The notes under the pieces: model-generated
Database searches by the model: none
What the model was told of the DNA's origin: nothing
What the model saw: the letters and a program-made list of their open reading frames with translations, nothing else
In this document: positions 18,065 to 25,389 of the stretch, piece after piece
Layout of the letters: every line of letters starts with the position of its first letter
How positions within the stretch are numbered: the first letter of the stretch is position 1
Position numbers and translations under genes: made by a program
From: a virus
Taxonomy: Duplodnaviria; Heunggongvirae; Uroviricota; Caudoviricetes
Strand: one strand, 5' to 3'
DNA: 31,991 nucleotides
IMG/VR virus record: IMGVR_UViG_2563366883_000019
Span: 1-31,991 of that record

Positions 18065-18093
18065 AACATACTACTTTCATTTCTCGAAAGCAA
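18065..18093 (-). promoter_or_regulatory. Candidate late promoter (pR'-like) just downstream of the Q-locus genes
   Basis: Minus-strand TTGCTT, 17-nt spacer, TATGTT, located about 25 nt after the stop of the 204-aa ORF and about 100 nt upstream of a terminator hairpin. Confidence 0.3.
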
Positions 18094-18117
18094 CGCATTT
18101 ACAAAAAATATTTTGCA

Positions 18118-18732
18118 TCATCCAGCAATCACTAGAAGTTCTTTCTCCAATTCTCGCTTCATTGCATAAAACATTTCTGAATCAAGGACCCTCTCGCACC
18201 ACACGACCCGCCTCCGGCAATACTGAATATCAACTCCTGTTATCTGAGAAATCATCCTGGCGATATCTTGCGTGCTGTCGCGATTGCAATATCGCCTAAT
18301 AGCTACATCACGGACAGGGCTTTCACGATGAAAGGTCTCAACCATCACACGTTCAACGAAAGCAGCATCATCGGATTCTTTGGCGAGAGCAATGATATTA
18401 CCTGCCGATGACTGAGGGATGACCAGTTCTCGGGCTTTCTGATGGAGTTCATCTCCACGTAGTCCGTCTTCTTCATACAGACGCATGACAACAGACTCAA
18501 TCTGCTTAGCTTTGTCATCGCTCCACTGACTGCGAATCATCAGTCGCCCAATAACGTTAATTGCACCACAAGGAGAATCATCACCAGCGTTAACATTTCC
18601 CCATACCTGTAGCATGTAGTGAACCCATGCTTTCTGACGAGAGTTAATGATTTTCTTCGGATGCCTCCATATGCGGCGGAAATGAGCATCATTAATAAAG
18701 TTAACCATGCCGAATACTGGGGTTAGCCGCAT
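18118..18732 (-). CDS. Putative late antiterminator Q-like protein (about 204 aa)
   Basis: Position after ninH and immediately upstream of a promoter-like element plus terminator; ATG overlaps the stop of the upstream 80-aa ORF (TGATG). Assignment is positional; no motif recognised confidently. Confidence 0.4.
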   Translation of the reverse strand: MRLTPVFGMVNFINDAHFRRIWRHPKKIINSRQKAWVHYMLQVWGNVNAGDDSPCGAINVIGRLMIRSQWSDDKAKQIESVVMRLYEEDGLRGDELHQKARELVIPQSSAGNIIALAKESDDAAFVERVMVETFHRESPVRDVAIRRYCNRDSTQDIARMISQITGVDIQYCRRRVVWCERVLDSEMFYAMKRELEKELLVIAG

Positions 18733-18974
18733 CACAGCCCCCATCCTTTACAATGACACCACACTTCAAACATTCGTTTCACAACTTCACGGCAGTAGAA
18801 ACCGTCAGCATCACGTGTCAGGTCATAGCGATCTCCGTGCTTCAGTCTCATATAGCATTCGAATAATCTGTTCATATACTCTTCGCCATGAACTCCGCTA
18901 TTACGCTGCTCATGCGCTTTTCCAGACGACCTGAATAAAGCCATGCGTTCAGGCACCTGCTGAATATCACGCAT
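18732..18974 (-). CDS. Hypothetical protein at the Q locus (80 aa from internal ATG), Cys/His-containing
   Basis: Begins MRDIQQVPER and starts 8 nt before the ninH stop; the ORF track frame extends to 19079, overlapping ninH. Translationally coupled to the 204-aa ORF. Confidence 0.4.
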   Translation of the reverse strand: MRDIQQVPERMALFRSSGKAHEQRNSGVHGEEYMNRLFECYMRLKHGDRYDLTRDADGFYCREVVKRMFEVWCHCKGWGL

Positions 18975-19167
18975 CAGTAGCTTTCCCCTTATCCCATCCA
19001 CGATGAACCATAAGGACACCGTTGACGACGGCGTGCCGTTTGCCTTCTTTATCACCGACATATTTTCTGACCGTAGCACGATTACAGTTCAGTTTTCGTG
19101 AAACTTCAGTCATATTGCCTCGTGCCTGGATAAGCAATTCCGGTATTGTTTGAATTGTGGCGTTCAT
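18967..19167 (-). CDS. ninH: NinH (66 aa)
   Basis: Matches lambda NinH motifs (TIPELLIQARGNMTEVSRKLNCNRATVRKYV, HAVVNGVLMVHRGW). Confidence 0.85.
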   Translation of the reverse strand: MNATIQTIPELLIQARGNMTEVSRKLNCNRATVRKYVGDKEGKRHAVVNGVLMVHRGWDKGKATDA

Positions 19168-19526
19168 ATGTTCTCCAGTTCGGTGATTTTTATCCCCACT
19201 CTACCGCCAAGCACTTTCACGCCGCGAATTACGCGAATGTCATCGAATTGCACGTCGTCTTCCGCAAATCCGGCGTGGATAAGAGAGTCGAGTAAACCTT
19301 TCAGGATGTTATCGAGGTCGCGACGGCGGGAATCTGGTGGTTCAGCAATAATTGTGATGCGAAGTCGTGATTTAGTGAAAATGTCTAATCTGAGTTGCCG
19401 GATGATTTGCTGTACGTCTTTTCGGTATTTCTGGCCTTTATCGCTGATGTAGTACTGGCTTCCCCGTCTTCGCCAGTAGGTATTCACCGTCGGCGGCCAG
19501 GGAAGCACAAACTCATATTCATTCAT
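19164..19526 (-). CDS. rusA: Holliday junction resolvase RusA (120 aa)
   Basis: RusA signature LPWPP..N.YWR...ISDKGQKYR and catalytic region DSRRRDLDNILKGLLDSL. Confidence 0.9.
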   Translation of the reverse strand: MNEYEFVLPWPPTVNTYWRRRGSQYYISDKGQKYRKDVQQIIRQLRLDIFTKSRLRITIIAEPPDSRRRDLDNILKGLLDSLIHAGFAEDDVQFDDIRVIRGVKVLGGRVGIKITELENI

Positions 19527-19816
19527 GACTTAATCTTCCCCTCCTTCAGCAATATCGCCAGCGTCCTGATCACGCCTTCCAGGTGGTAAAGTCTGGCGTC
19601 GTTGTTGTCGAGAATGCGAGTACGGCGATCGATTTCATTATGGCAGTCACTACAGGCCCATGCAGCCAACAGATCATCTGGCTTTGTTCCCGTTCCGCAA
19701 ATTCCAGCCATTCGGTAATGCGCCAGAACTGTAGTTTCAGGGTTGCCATTGCATACGCCATAAATCCGTACCTGGCATTCTCTGCCGCGCGCTTCTTTGC
19801 GTAGGTTTGTCATCAT
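19523..19816 (-). CDS. ybcO: YbcO-like DUF1364 putative nuclease (about 97 aa)
   Basis: RKEARGRECQVRIYGVCNGNPETTVLAHY...CSDCHNEID matches DLP12 YbcO; preferred ATG at 19816 has GAGGA about 6 nt upstream (the ORF track frame starts at 19852). Confidence 0.8.
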   Translation of the reverse strand: MMTNLRKEARGRECQVRIYGVCNGNPETTVLAHYRMAGICGTGTKPDDLLAAWACSDCHNEIDRRTRILDNNDARLYHLEGVIRTLAILLKEGKIKS

Positions 19817-19836
19817 CTTATTCCTCATGCAGTAGG

Positions 19837-20028
19837 CTATCCGGAGTGACAATTAAATCTTGCTCGACGCCTTAGCCACCGGATATCCCACAGGTGAGCC
19901 GTATAGTTGAAGGTTTTAACATCAGATTCTTTGGGGACTGGCCTGGGTTTATTTCGGGAGCGTTTGGTTGGAAGGTAATTGCAGTTTTCACAGACGATAT
20001 CGGTGATGCTTCGTCGCTGTCGTCTCAT
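19837..20028 (-). CDS. ninE: NinE-like protein (63 aa)
   Basis: [27 protein letters not shown]...[15 protein letters not shown] resembles lambdoid NinE; position between ninB and ybcO matches the DLP12 nin order. Confidence 0.65.
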   Translation of the reverse strand: MRRQRRSITDIVCENCNYLPTKRSRNKPRPVPKESDVKTFNYTAHLWDIRWLRRRARFNCHSG

Positions 20029-20435
20029 TCGTACCTCCTGTCGGTAAATCTGACACCCTGATCCACGGCCCAGGATGTTGTGTACTCAATCAGGCTTGCC
20101 ATACGCTTCACGCTCATTTGCGCACTGCTTTCGCGGATATTGACGTATTCACCTTCAAGACCTGGCAAAACATCAGCTTCCTGTTTTGTCGCCACGGCAT
20201 GACCGCTGATTAACAAAACTTTCCACTGTTCTGGTTTTAGCCACCTGCCGCACCACTTAACCTGGCGGGATATATCAGCGACCATCGCGTGAAATTTTGC
20301 ATTTTGAGCGAGATTACGCTTGTAATCGGTGATACGGATCGTAACGGGTTTGTCTTTATCGAGAGTTGTTGCAAGGATTGCGTTAATGGCGAATTGTTGC
20401 TGCTGCTTACTTCGGAGGAAGATAGTCTGGTTCAT
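20025..20435 (-). CDS. ninB: NinB recombination protein (136 aa)
   Basis: NinB-like motifs (QQQFAINAI...[25 protein letters not shown]); first gene of the nin block. Confidence 0.85.
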   Translation of the reverse strand: MNQTIFLRSKQQQQFAINAILATTLDKDKPVTIRITDYKRNLAQNAKFHAMVADISRQVKWCGRWLKPEQWKVLLISGHAVATKQEADVLPGLEGEYVNIRESSAQMSVKRMASLIEYTTSWAVDQGVRFTDRRYE

Positions 20436-20462
20436 TATTCCCTCTCACTGGATTTTCCCAAC

Positions 20463-20482
20463 AAAAAAGGAGCCGAAGCTCC
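20463..20482 (-). terminator. Candidate terminator after the ORF6N gene
   Basis: GGAGC-TTCG-GCTCC hairpin followed by TTTTTTGTT on the minus strand (A-run on the other side, so possibly bidirectional). Confidence 0.45.
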
Positions 20483-20489
20483 TTTAGTT

Positions 20490-21158
20490 TCAGAATTCAA
20501 ATTGTCTTGCCCGCAGACTTTTCAGCATTGGCATGGCCCGCTGGATAACGGAACTTGACATGTCGAGACGTGTTACCTCCCTTAGTAGCGCGTCTCTGTT
20601 CTTCGTCACCATGTAGATGGTCTCAAACGCAATGTCATACAGCTTGTTCGTGTATGAGGAGTTCAGCTCTTTCATAATGGGATACAGGTGTTTGCTGAGG
20701 TCCTGGGCTTTTTCCATCCAGAGCTGCATGTAGCAAAGGAGGATGATTTCTTCGGCTGTGAATTGTGGCTGAATCTGCGGCTGCTGTTCGGTTGGTGCTG
20801 TTTTTCCCTGGCTGAAATAGCAGTCTTCCAGTTTTTCGAACACTTCCCACGCCCGATCGGTTTCGAGCATTTTTGCATGACGGGCTGCGCCGCGTTCTGT
20901 CCAGAGGATGAGGGAGCGAACGTTACGGGCAATTTTCACAGAAGGTCTTAAAGACATGCTGTGCTTAAATTCGCGCAACTTCTCATTCTCAAGTAAAAAG
21001 TAGTGCTTACCGATAACAAATCGTCCAGAATTCCGATTGAAATTTTTTCGGATGTAATCTGGTTCTGTGCCATATAAGCTGGCAAGAAGCTCTGTAGTCA
21101 CCACAGGTATATTACTAAATGAAATTATGGAGAGGGACTCCACGGAGATGGTTTTCAT
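20490..21158 (-). CDS. ORF6N / KilA-N-like DNA-binding protein (putative antirepressor-type regulator, 222 aa)
   Basis: N-terminal region (TTELLASLYGTEPDYIRKNFNRNSGRFVIGKHYFL...RSLILWTERGAARHAKMLETDRAWEVFEKLEDCYF) resembles ORF6N/Ant N-terminal domains; followed by a hairpin with a T-run. Confidence 0.65.
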   Translation of the reverse strand: MKTISVESLSIISFSNIPVVTTELLASLYGTEPDYIRKNFNRNSGRFVIGKHYFLLENEKLREFKHSMSLRPSVKIARNVRSLILWTERGAARHAKMLETDRAWEVFEKLEDCYFSQGKTAPTEQQPQIQPQFTAEEIILLCYMQLWMEKAQDLSKHLYPIMKELNSSYTNKLYDIAFETIYMVTKNRDALLREVTRLDMSSSVIQRAMPMLKSLRARQFEF

Positions 21159-21390
21159 GCTTTGTGTCCTACTTGATATTTTGATTTACCCCTTTTGAGA
21201 GGGTGACCGGGCGCTCAAAACCGCAAGTAGTCGGCGGGCATATTCCCATTGCTGGTATTGTATTAGCCGCACGCCCGGTCATAAACCAAGAAGACTGGAC
21301 ACAAAAAAACCGCATGTCTGTCGGGCGCGGTAACCGCTACTTGCTAAGGTGTTTTGAGCACCTGACGCAGAGTATCCGACAGAATGTGTG

Positions 21391-21426
21391 GTGTGTCAAC
21401 ATTTCCTTGTGTAGATGTTGACACCC
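21391..21426. promoter_or_regulatory. Perfect 10-bp inverted repeat (GTGTCAACAT-N12-ATGTTGACAC) carrying TTGACA hexamers in the divergent intergenic region
   Basis: Read directly from the sequence; lies 77 bp upstream of the DUF805 gene start and 230 bp upstream of the ORF6N gene start. Confidence 0.45.
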
Positions 21427-21502
21427 TATTAGGTAAAACATTAACGTTGTTTTAAATTGTTAATAATTATCAATTTAATATTAATGTTTGGAGTATAAAA
21501 GC

Positions 21503-21877
21503 ATGAGAAAATCCCCTTTGGCATGGTATACGGATGTTCTTTTTAATAACTACTTCAATTATTCAGGGCGAGCCAGTCGAAGAGAGTTCTGGTGGTATTA
21601 TCTGTTTAATTTAATATTCTTGGGAGTTCTTTTTTTTATCGGATATACATTAGATAATACTGGCATTAGTTATGGGTTTTATATACCTTGCGTTTACGTA
21701 TTAGCTACGATTATTCCATCCATTACATTGAAAGTCCGCAGACTCCATGATATTGGGTTAAGTGCTTGGTACTTGTTTATCTGGTGCATTCCGTATATTG
21801 GTGGCTTTATATTGTTCGTTATGTACTGTATCCCGTCAGAAAAAGGGGATAATAAATACGGTGCATATAGTATTTAA
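21503..21877 (+). CDS. DUF805-family inner-membrane protein (YhaH/YhaI-like, about 124 aa)
   Basis: RREFWWYY and RRLHDIGLSAW motifs with multiple TM segments; preferred ATG at 21503 has GGAG 9 nt upstream (the ORF track frame starts at 21488); low-GC region. Confidence 0.75.
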   Translation: MRKSPLAWYTDVLFNNYFNYSGRASRREFWWYYLFNLIFLGVLFFIGYTLDNTGISYGFYIPCVYVLATIIPSITLKVRRLHDIGLSAWYLFIWCIPYIGGFILFVMYCIPSEKGDNKYGAYSI

Positions 21878-21896
21878 TCCCCGCCAGATAGTCGCA

Positions 21897-22583
21897 TCAA
21901 AAAGTACTGGTTATCTTATCTATTAGATCAAATGTCTTCTCATCAATGTACCAGTACTTTTTATCATCATTTGGGTATTCAACGAAAACCGTCCATAAAA
22001 CCTCTTCCTTTTTAATGAAAGATAAAAGAAAAGTCTCTATATCCTTTGAATTGTCTTTGGGAATAACTGTAATAAATGAAGTCCATTTTTCCAACTTTTT
22101 ACTTTTTATCTGTTTGGCCTCCTTAGGTAGAAAAATTTTAGCATTTGATTCACGTTCCAGTCGGTCTAATAATTGTTTGGCATATATATCAACAGGAACA
22201 CTTATGTCACTTGCTTTATGACGTAATTCAATAGTTGGTGTATACTCGTTCGAAAAATAGAAAACACCATCACTGGGTGATGTTATCAGAGTCTTTTCTA
22301 AATATGTGTATTTGTATGTTATTGGATTAAACCAATAACAGTACCATTCTGGCTTTAATTGCCCGCTATAAGATGTGTTATTATTGTGAACCTTACACAC
22401 AGGATAAATGTTTTCTATATCAGTCCACTTACTTTTATCCTCTTTTTTTTGTGTGTCTATGACGTTTGAGGAGTGTTTTTGGTTGAACACTTGAATATTT
22501 AAAAAAACTAAAAGTATGTTTCCGATAATAGATGCAATAAGCATTTTCTTCAGTTTTGAGTTATCCATATGCATCCCCTTCAT
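21897..22583 (-). CDS. Low-GC hypothetical protein with N-terminal signal anchor (about 228 aa)
   Basis: Preferred ATG at 22583 overlaps the upstream gene's stop (ATGA); the ORF track frame starts at 22592 on TTG. N-terminal TM LIASIIGNILLVFL; Lys/Asn/Tyr-rich composition; no recognised domain. Confidence 0.6.
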   Translation of the reverse strand: MKGMHMDNSKLKKMLIASIIGNILLVFLNIQVFNQKHSSNVIDTQKKEDKSKWTDIENIYPVCKVHNNNTSYSGQLKPEWYCYWFNPITYKYTYLEKTLITSPSDGVFYFSNEYTPTIELRHKASDISVPVDIYAKQLLDRLERESNAKIFLPKEAKQIKSKKLEKWTSFITVIPKDNSKDIETFLLSFIKKEEVLWTVFVEYPNDDKKYWYIDEKTFDLIDKITSTF

Positions 22584-23056
22584 TGTGGACAATTACTCTT
22601 TGTCATAATTATAACTAAGTCATTATATTTCGTGTTTATTATGTTATAATGATATTTGAATATATAATTATACTCCTGCATCATTTTACACTCGCCAGAA
22701 TTTAATTTTTTTTGTATTTCTAGGCTCATTAAGTTTTTAATCTCTTCACCATCAAAAAATGGCGACATATCTTCATTAATCCCATAAATATTATAGTAAT
22801 GATTAAGTGTATTTCCTTCTACGGTTGCAGCAATCCATGTAGTATAATCATCTACTTTAATAGGGAATTTTTTCTTGGATAGTTCATTTTTTAAGTATGA
22901 GGCAATTTTATCTGCATCTTCTTTGTTCGATAAAATATCATCAATTTTATTATCACCGAACTCAGTTGCAATTATCTTTACAAAGATCAGCAGAATAATA
23001 AACATTAATGCTGTTCCTGTTTTTTTTATTGCTCCTAATATTTTGTTTCCTGTCAT
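22580..23056 (-). CDS. Low-GC hypothetical protein with N-terminal signal anchor (158 aa)
   Basis: N-terminal TM ALMFIILLIFVKIIA; translationally coupled to the downstream 228-aa ORF; a TTGACA -35-like hexamer lies upstream; no recognised domain. Confidence 0.6.
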   Translation of the reverse strand: MTGNKILGAIKKTGTALMFIILLIFVKIIATEFGDNKIDDILSNKEDADKIASYLKNELSKKKFPIKVDDYTTWIAATVEGNTLNHYYNIYGINEDMSPFFDGEEIKNLMSLEIQKKLNSGECKMMQEYNYIFKYHYNIINTKYNDLVIIMTKSNCPQ

Positions 23057-23233
23057 CTTGCAAATCTAACATAAAATTTAATGAGTCTTATTAATAAATT
23101 TAATTTCTTATGAGTTGTCAACCTTCCATCAAGCAAACCGTGATCTAACAGCATGACTGTCTGCTTGATATGTGTTGTCGTCAACACAGTACAGTCCTTG
23201 AATACATATAACAAATTTGTTATGTTGATACCT

Positions 23234-23563
23234 ATGAACTACACTATCGAATACTACAGTGAAGAGGTCCGGCTGGAAGTCGATCAGCTTCCATTGAGTA
23301 TGCGTGTCCGATACAAACATCTCATTGAACGTATGAAGGTATACGGCAGCAATCTCGGAGAACCTCATACCAGCGCCTTTGGTGATGGGCTTTTCGAACT
23401 CAGAATTAAAGGCAACGATGGGATTGCACGTGTTTTTTACTGCACTCTGACAGGGAAACGCATCATTATGCTGCATAGCTTCATTAAGAAAACGCAGAAA
23501 ACACCGCCAGCCGAACGCAAAAAAGCTGAAGCCAGAATGAAGGAGGTTAAGCATGACTGGTAA
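23234..23563 (+). CDS. Type II toxin, RelE/ParE superfamily, phage Gp49-like (HigB-type arrangement, 109 aa)
   Basis: Gp49-like motifs (GDGLFELRIKGNDGIARVFY...IIMLHSFIKKTQKTPPAE); 11-nt overlap with the downstream HTH gene; the ORF track frame starts further upstream at 23153. Confidence 0.8.
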   Translation: MNYTIEYYSEEVRLEVDQLPLSMRVRYKHLIERMKVYGSNLGEPHTSAFGDGLFELRIKGNDGIARVFYCTLTGKRIIMLHSFIKKTQKTPPAERKKAEARMKEVKHDW

Positions 23564-23861
23564 ACGCATTACACCTACCATGACACACGACGAAATGGCA
23601 GCCAAATGGATGGAGGATCCGGCTTTCAAAGCAGAATACGACGCCATCGCCGACGAGTTCGCACTGCTTGATGAAATGCTGGCAGCACGAAAAGAAGCTG
23701 GCTTAACCCAGGCTGAAGTTGCCGAACGTATGGGAACAAAAGCGACTGCGATCACCAGAATGGAAAGCAATCTTGCATCAGGTACAAGCGGCCCATCATT
23801 TGCCACACTGAAAAAATTCGCCCGTGCTACAGGGAAAAAACTCCAGATCCGCTTCGTTTAA
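23553..23861 (+). CDS. XRE-family HTH antitoxin (HigA-like, 102 aa)
   Basis: AGGAGG lies 6 nt upstream of the ATG; HTH motif LTQAEVAERMGTKATAITRME; toxin-first gene order. Confidence 0.8.
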   Translation: MTGKRITPTMTHDEMAAKWMEDPAFKAEYDAIADEFALLDEMLAARKEAGLTQAEVAERMGTKATAITRMESNLASGTSGPSFATLKKFARATGKKLQIRFV

Positions 23862-23915
23862 CTCCCCACTACCGCGCCGTCATTCTGGCGGCGCTTTACC
23901 CCAGAGAAATATCAA

Positions 23916-24161
23916 TCACCGGATTACCACATCCCACTCCGGCTCCTGCCATCTCAAATCCGGTGAATCATTTCTCTCAGGAATAACCATTACGTCCTTT
24001 TCCCTTCGCTCCCTTTCTATCGCCATCACAGCCAATGCTGCAACCATGATGTATTTTTGTTCGTCGGTTCCTGTTTCATAACGACGCATGAGGGTAAACT
24101 CGGGGCGATCAGTAACCTCAATGATTTCGTTAATTTCTTTAATTTCGCGAGGAATATCCAT
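23916..24161 (-). CDS. Hypothetical small acidic protein (81 aa); coding status uncertain
   Basis: ATG at 24161 with AGGAG 9 nt upstream; its start codon overlaps the start codon of the divergent plus-strand gene at the CATG palindrome 24159-24162. The ORF track frame extends to 24185. Confidence 0.35.
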   Translation of the reverse strand: MDIPREIKEINEIIEVTDRPEFTLMRRYETGTDEQKYIMVAALAVMAIERERREKDVMVIPERNDSPDLRWQEPEWDVVIR

Positions 24162-24834
24162 GGGTTTAGTCTCCTTTGATATCACATGCCCGCACTGTTT
24201 AAAAGAGCGAGCTGTTATTGAGGCATTTGCCGAAAAACAAATTGAAAAAACACCTTTTTTTAACGTCGCTTTTGTATGCAGAAGTTGTCATCGAGGAGGT
24301 GTTGCTATTGTTGAAATCCCATCAGACCACTATCACGGTCCCATGGCGGAAAGCCAGAAAAAAGACCTCGATATTCTGATTTCAGGAAATAGCCAGTACC
24401 GTTTCCGCAAGATCTATCCTGTGGTCAAAAAAATTACCGCACCAGAATATACACCCCCGGTTGCAGACCGTACTTTTGTTGAGGCAAAAGAGGATTTACA
24501 GAGGAGGCGGTACGACACAGTGGTTATTCTTTGTCGCAGAGTCCTCGATATCTCCACGAAAAAACTGCTCGGCGATGAAGCAGGAAAAGAATCGCTGTCG
24601 CAACGTATTCAGATGATTTACAAAAAAGGCCTGATCACTGAACAGATGAAGGAATGGGCTCATATTGTACGAATTGATGCCAATAAAGCAGTTCATACAG
24701 ATGAAGTTTTCACACCAATTGAGGCAAGCCAGATCCTGAGTTTTACCGAAATGTTTTTAGTCTACGCCTTCACTCTGCCTGCAATGGTGGAAGCCAGACG
24801 TGAACAAAAAAGATCAGATTCAGCCTCTATATGA
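24160..24834 (+). CDS. Zinc-ribbon protein with helical C-terminal domain (possibly DUF4145/HEPN-like, about 224 aa)
   Basis: ATG at 24160 with GAGG 7 nt upstream; CPHC...CRSC zinc-ribbon pair at the N-terminus; C-terminal region contains an R-x7-H segment (RIDANKAVH). Domain assignment is from memory and unverified. The ORF track frame starts at 24088. Confidence 0.6.
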   Translation: MGLVSFDITCPHCLKERAVIEAFAEKQIEKTPFFNVAFVCRSCHRGGVAIVEIPSDHYHGPMAESQKKDLDILISGNSQYRFRKIYPVVKKITAPEYTPPVADRTFVEAKEDLQRRRYDTVVILCRRVLDISTKKLLGDEAGKESLSQRIQMIYKKGLITEQMKEWAHIVRIDANKAVHTDEVFTPIEASQILSFTEMFLVYAFTLPAMVEARREQKRSDSASI

Positions 24835-24866
24835 ATCACTTTTCTGAACACGTAAGCCCCCGTCAT

Positions 24867-25298
24867 TCACGACGGGGAGAACATCAATCCCTCTGCACTC
24901 CCTCGCCAGAATGCCAGCACACGCTGCATCGTTTCGCTGTTACGGCACTCGCGACAAATTGTGTTGTAGCGTCTGTCGTAGCGCCGTATTTCCCCATCTG
25001 GTAATGCCCGGATAAGGTCTGGATCAACGACAACCGGTTTCTTCGACTTTGCCCTTGAGAGTTTTTTGCGGGCATTTTGCCAGTCCTTACGAGCCTGTTC
25101 AGACGGGAATACTCCGTAACCGGAATTGTAAACATCACCACTGGCGGCCAGCTCCATGCATAAACGACCGACAGACGCATGACTGACACCAATTTCATCC
25201 GATAACTGCCGAATCGTGCCTCGTCCGTTAAGGCGTACGAATTCCACGATCAGCCCCTTAATTTTTTCCCGCTCTTCTGGTGTAAATGCTCTTGTCAT
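24867..25298 (-). CDS. Winged-helix/HTH DNA-binding protein of unknown role (143 aa)
   Basis: ATG at 25298 with GGAGGT 5 nt upstream; HTH-like segment TIRQLSDEIGVSHASVGRLCMEL; IS1 lies 36 bp upstream of the start. Confidence 0.6.
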   Translation of the reverse strand: MTRAFTPEEREKIKGLIVEFVRLNGRGTIRQLSDEIGVSHASVGRLCMELAASGDVYNSGYGVFPSEQARKDWQNARKKLSRAKSKKPVVVDPDLIRALPDGEIRRYDRRYNTICRECRNSETMQRVLAFWRGSAEGLMFSPS

Positions 25299-25389
25299 AA
25301 GCACCTCCGGAGATCACTTTGTTGTCGGTGAATGGGTGATGCTGCCAACTTACTGATTTAGTGTATGATGGTGTTTTTGAGGTGCTCCA

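Noticed and set aside
16667-18117. stxA/stxB toxin genes at the canonical position between Q and nanS-p
   Set aside because: No ORF of suitable size or StxB-like signal peptide is present; the interval is non-coding repeat and hairpin sequence.
21203-21421. 72-aa ORF in the ORF6N / DUF805 intergenic region
   Set aside because: No SD, and it overlaps the palindromic operator-like element; the region is better explained as a divergent promoter.
23129-23806. 225-aa minus-strand ORF spanning the toxin-antitoxin pair
   Set aside because: It is antisense to two well-supported plus-strand genes with good SDs; low-complexity Ala/Ser-rich product.
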